The position numbers and the translations under genes are program-made. DNA of 61,582 nucleotides, filler included. It is 5 parts of 5 records of this genome, joined end to end, with 100 filler letters (N's around TTAATTAATTAA, not from the genome) between each part and the next. Parts side by side here need not be neighbours in the genome. Positions count along the whole stretch, not along the records: positions 50,581 to 61,582 come from SRR31156797_44945; 4 more parts are not named here. One strand, given 5' to 3'. The stretch's first letter is position 1. Every line of letters begins with the position of its first letter. Below the pieces are notes generated by a model that did no database searches, was not told the DNA's origin, and saw nothing but the letters and a program-made list of their open reading frames with translations. This document shows positions 58,944 through 61,582 of the stretch, in pieces.

Positions 58944-61582
58944 ACAGATACGTGGCGGAAGATATCGGAGAACTGATAGCAGAGCATTTCCCAAAACTTG
59001 ACAGTTCCGAAATATCAGGATTAACGGCAGGCTTTGAGAATCTGGATAATGAAGAGCTTGAAGCAGTCCTCCATGCAGGGCAGGGAGCACTTAGACGTGG
59101 ATTAAGAGTGCTCATAGCCTACCTTGGGGCTGCGCCCTGTGTTCTCAGGAAAGTAGGAAAAGATGATTTTGAGAACTGGCTGGGTCTTGCAAGAGAAATA
59201 TCAAAACTGAGCGTTTCCTGTTGTGAAGGATTCTTTGACTCCTCCCTTGCGATCATCGAAAAAGGCGGCCTGCAACTTCTGAGAAACTGGACAGATACAG
59301 GCATAGCCTTGTCCGAACTGAACAAATGGATGGCCATAGCCTACTTCAAATATACAGGAAAGGTGATCATATCCACCGGACCGGAAAGATTCAGTGAACT
59401 GGTCAAAAACGGAGAGAATATTGGAAAGATCAACGTAAAGGTTGCTGAAGCCTATTTTGAACACCTGTATCAGCTTCAGACCCTGCTTACCATAGAGAAC
59501 TTTGATTCTTTCTGCCATATCACAAAGCATGTCATCAGGATCCACTGGCTAACCTCCATAGAATTCATAGACATAGCAGTAAAGGTACTACCCGATGTAC
59601 CACCATCCAGAAGACAGGAGCTGCTCACTGCAATTGACAACATCATGGAATTCGGTGAAGCGCCCGCAACATCACTGTTAAAGAATGCAGGATCCATTCT
59701 GGAAAGCGCGGATGAGCAAAAGATAGATGATCTCATCGCGATCACAAGGAATATTGCCACTGTAGATAGTGAAACTGCGAAGTTATTCATTGATATTATC
59801 CCCCAGTACCTCGACATATTGGAACTGGAGGAGGTAAATGAATGGACAGACAGAGGAATATCCGCGTTCCGGAATAACAGACATGCACTCCGGTCTTTCA
59901 TCCCATCAACCCTTGCACTGGGTGCCCAGTACAATGACACGAACAGAGATAGCCGTTCCATACTGATAGACCGGGGAATCATATCTGCAGATATCCAACC
60001 TGAATGCAGCAGGGGATATTTTGAGAATGCTTTCCAGGCATACAGTATCCTGAATAGTGATATGTTCGAAGAATGGGCCGGCACAGGAGATGGCATAGCC
60101 ATACAGGACCCTGAACTTGGTACTGATTATTACAGGGATTCCATTATAGTCTTTAACAAGATAGACCCACAGCAGCATGAGGAGATATTCGGAATAGCAA
60201 ATGTACTTCTTAAAAAGGAAGGAGCGCTCACTGGTGCTTTTTTTAAATACCTCATTCCTTTTGTCGACAGGACAGAAGCTGAGAATGCAGCAAAGTGGGC
60301 TGATATCGGACTTAAAGTATATTCAAAGGACAGGAAACTCGCACTGGACTATTTCTATCACTCTCCTTCACTTCTTGAGAAGCTCAGTATCGATGAACTT
60401 GAAGGATGGACCCTGAAAGGACTTGATGTTGCTGAGGCGAAGGAGCCTGCCGGAAAGGCATATTTCTCGCTGGAGTCGAAGGGTTCCAGAGAATTGGTGG
60501 AGGAACTCACAGGTGCAGTGGCTCTCAAAAAAGTGGTTAACGTATTGAGATTTTATGCCCTTGGACTATCCGGCAGCAAATTCGTGATACGCTCAATGGC
60601 ATCACTCCCGCATCAGTTTGAAACAGAGGGAATGAACCCTGTCATAGCAGGCAATACCATCTACCTCGCACCGAAGATGGGAATATACCAGAACCCTGAA
60701 GACAATTTCAATATCTACAAACTCAGTGTCATGCATGAAGTGGGACACGTACGTTTCACCACACCGACTGTAGCACAGGAAGAGGTTGACTCGCTCGAAG
60801 AGAAGATCCTTGAAAAGTACCCTGTCCCGGAAGAAGGAAGATCACTCCTGTATGACAAAAACGGCGAGGACAGCGGATCCATCGATCTGCTCTCACTTTT
60901 CCCGAATCAGATACTTGCTGCAACCATTTTCGGCTTATTGGAAGATGCACGTGTCGAGTACATGATAATGAACAGCTACAGGGGAGTGCGCATCGACCTT
61001 GAGGATGTAAGACACAGGATGCTCCCCATGAGACCTGTACCTGAGGACGAGCTTGAGAAGTTCATGGAAGCATTATTATGGACATCTATAGAACAAGTGC
61101 CTGAATTCGAACTGGAAAATGCTTTCAAAACAGTCCTTGACAAAAGCCGGAAAGAACTCGAAGACAGGATATTCAGCGTGGGTTCAAGCACATTCTCAGC
61201 ACTTGAACTTGCCTTTGAGATATACTCCATGCTTGATAATGTTTCGGGGCCGCTTGAACAGATCGAGTACAGGATGATCAGGAACATCGGCTATCGTGGC
61301 ATGGATGTCGGTGCCACCGGACCGACCGACCTGACGATGTCAAGGACAGTTGAGAATGTAATCAGGAACTTTATCCCTGAGACAGAGACTGACCTTTCGT
61401 CAGAAGAGGAAAGGCAAAAGGAGCGGGCCACGGACATGCCCACACAGGCCATGAAAAATAACTGGAGACTCCTTGGCAGGTACAAATACGACGAATGGGA
61501 CAGTACGATCAACGACTACAGGTCTGAGTGGAGCACCATTAATGAGATAGAACCCATCGGCGGGACCACAGCCTACTACGAA
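58940..61582 (+). CDS. Large NorD/CbbO-like vWA adaptor protein, 3'-truncated by window end (missing from the ORF track)
   Basis: GTG overlapping the CbbQ stop (GTGA); begins [11 protein letters not shown] and stays in frame to the window end; includes IYLAP, HEVGH, LEDARV and YKYDEWD..NDY..W. Confidence 0.85.
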   Translation, partial: MNRYVAEDIGELIAEHFPKLDSSEISGLTAGFENLDNEELEAVLHAGQGALRRGLRVLIAYLGAAPCVLRKVGKDDFENWLGLAREISKLSVSCCEGFFDSSLAIIEKGGLQLLRNWTDTGIALSELNKWMAIAYFKYTGKVIISTGPERFSELVKNGENIGKINVKVAEAYFEHLYQLQTLLTIENFDSFCHITKHVIRIHWLTSIEFIDIAVKVLPDVPPSRRQELLTAIDNIMEFGEAPATSLLKNAGSILESADEQKIDDLIAITRNIATVDSETAKLFIDIIPQYLDILELEEVNEWTDRGISAFRNNRHALRSFIPSTLALGAQYNDTNRDSRSILIDRGIISADIQPECSRGYFENAFQAYSILNSDMFEEWAGTGDGIAIQDPELGTDYYRDSIIVFNKIDPQQHEEIFGIANVLLKKEGALTGAFFKYLIPFVDRTEAENAAKWADIGLKVYSKDRKLALDYFYHSPSLLEKLSIDELEGWTLKGLDVAEAKEPAGKAYFSLESKGSRELVEELTGAVALKKVVNVLRFYALGLSGSKFVIRSMASLPHQFETEGMNPVIAGNTIYLAPKMGIYQNPEDNFNIYKLSVMHEVGHVRFTTPTVAQEEVDSLEEKILEKYPVPEEGRSLLYDKNGEDSGSIDLLSLFPNQILAATIFGLLEDARVEYMIMNSYRGVRIDLEDVRHRMLPMRPVPEDELEKFMEALLWTSIEQVPEFELENAFKTVLDKSRKELEDRIFSVGSSTFSALELAFEIYSMLDNVSGPLEQIEYRMIRNIGYRGMDVGATGPTDLTMSRTVENVIRNFIPETETDLSSEEERQKERATDMPTQAMKNNWRLLGRYKYDEWDSTINDYRSEWSTINEIEPIGGTTAYYE

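Noticed and set aside
50581-61582. Pyrrolysine (TAG) or selenocysteine read-through in the archaeal contig
   Set aside because: The only split gene is explained by a frameshift, not an in-frame stop; the visible HdrA motif in the other contig also has Cys rather than TGA
1-61582. CRISPR array, transposase, integrase, rRNA or phage genes
   Set aside because: No regularly spaced repeats or relevant protein or RNA motifs seen

Overview
This window is not one genome region. It is five unrelated, metagenome-like contigs joined by artificial 100-nt N/TTAATTAATTAA linkers, so no gene-context inference should cross a linker. Taxonomic assignments below are inferences from composition and gene content. 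(1) 1-13649, GC-rich, alphaproteobacterium-like: MFS transporter, two GntR/FCD paralogs flanking a TctCBA transporter and two xylose-isomerase-like genes, a ThDP enzyme, a DNase I-like EEP nuclease with a large insertion, N-formylglutamate amidohydrolase and a partial OppF ATPase. (2) 13750-28053, Desulfobacterota-like: receiver/PPDK_N protein, YajD, a BASS symporter, and a large sigma-54 activator facing a -24/-12 promoter. Behind that promoter lie a 180-nt palindromic MITE-like element and an operon of an acyl-CoA dehydrogenase/ferredoxin/nitroreductase triple fusion, a CoA ligase and a thiolase. (3) 28154-33762: USP, a divergent PGK, two small Cys-rich proteins and a large hypothetical protein carrying gamma-glutamyl-ligase-like motifs. 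(4) 33863-50480, Desulfobacterota-like: HdrA/HdrL, a deletion-riddled pseudogene collage, AmrS, Pcm, a radical SAM protein, a giant CoA-activase, and a solo LuxR. The LuxR is divergent from a lux-box-like promoter that points at an operon of a Zn-ribbon protein, a MIDAS-degenerate vWA membrane protein, a 3-TM protein and a tubulin/FtsZ-like GTPase. This LuxR/lux-box/tubulin-like locus is the best candidate for an undescribed system. (5) 50581-61582, Methanosarcinaceae-like archaeon: end of a DRG GTPase, tRNA-Gln(TTG), MATE, two tandem ITIH-like VIT-vWA PGF-CTERM surface proteins (one frameshifted) and a CbbQ/NorQ plus NorD/CbbO pair. All calls come from motif reading only; no database searches were run.
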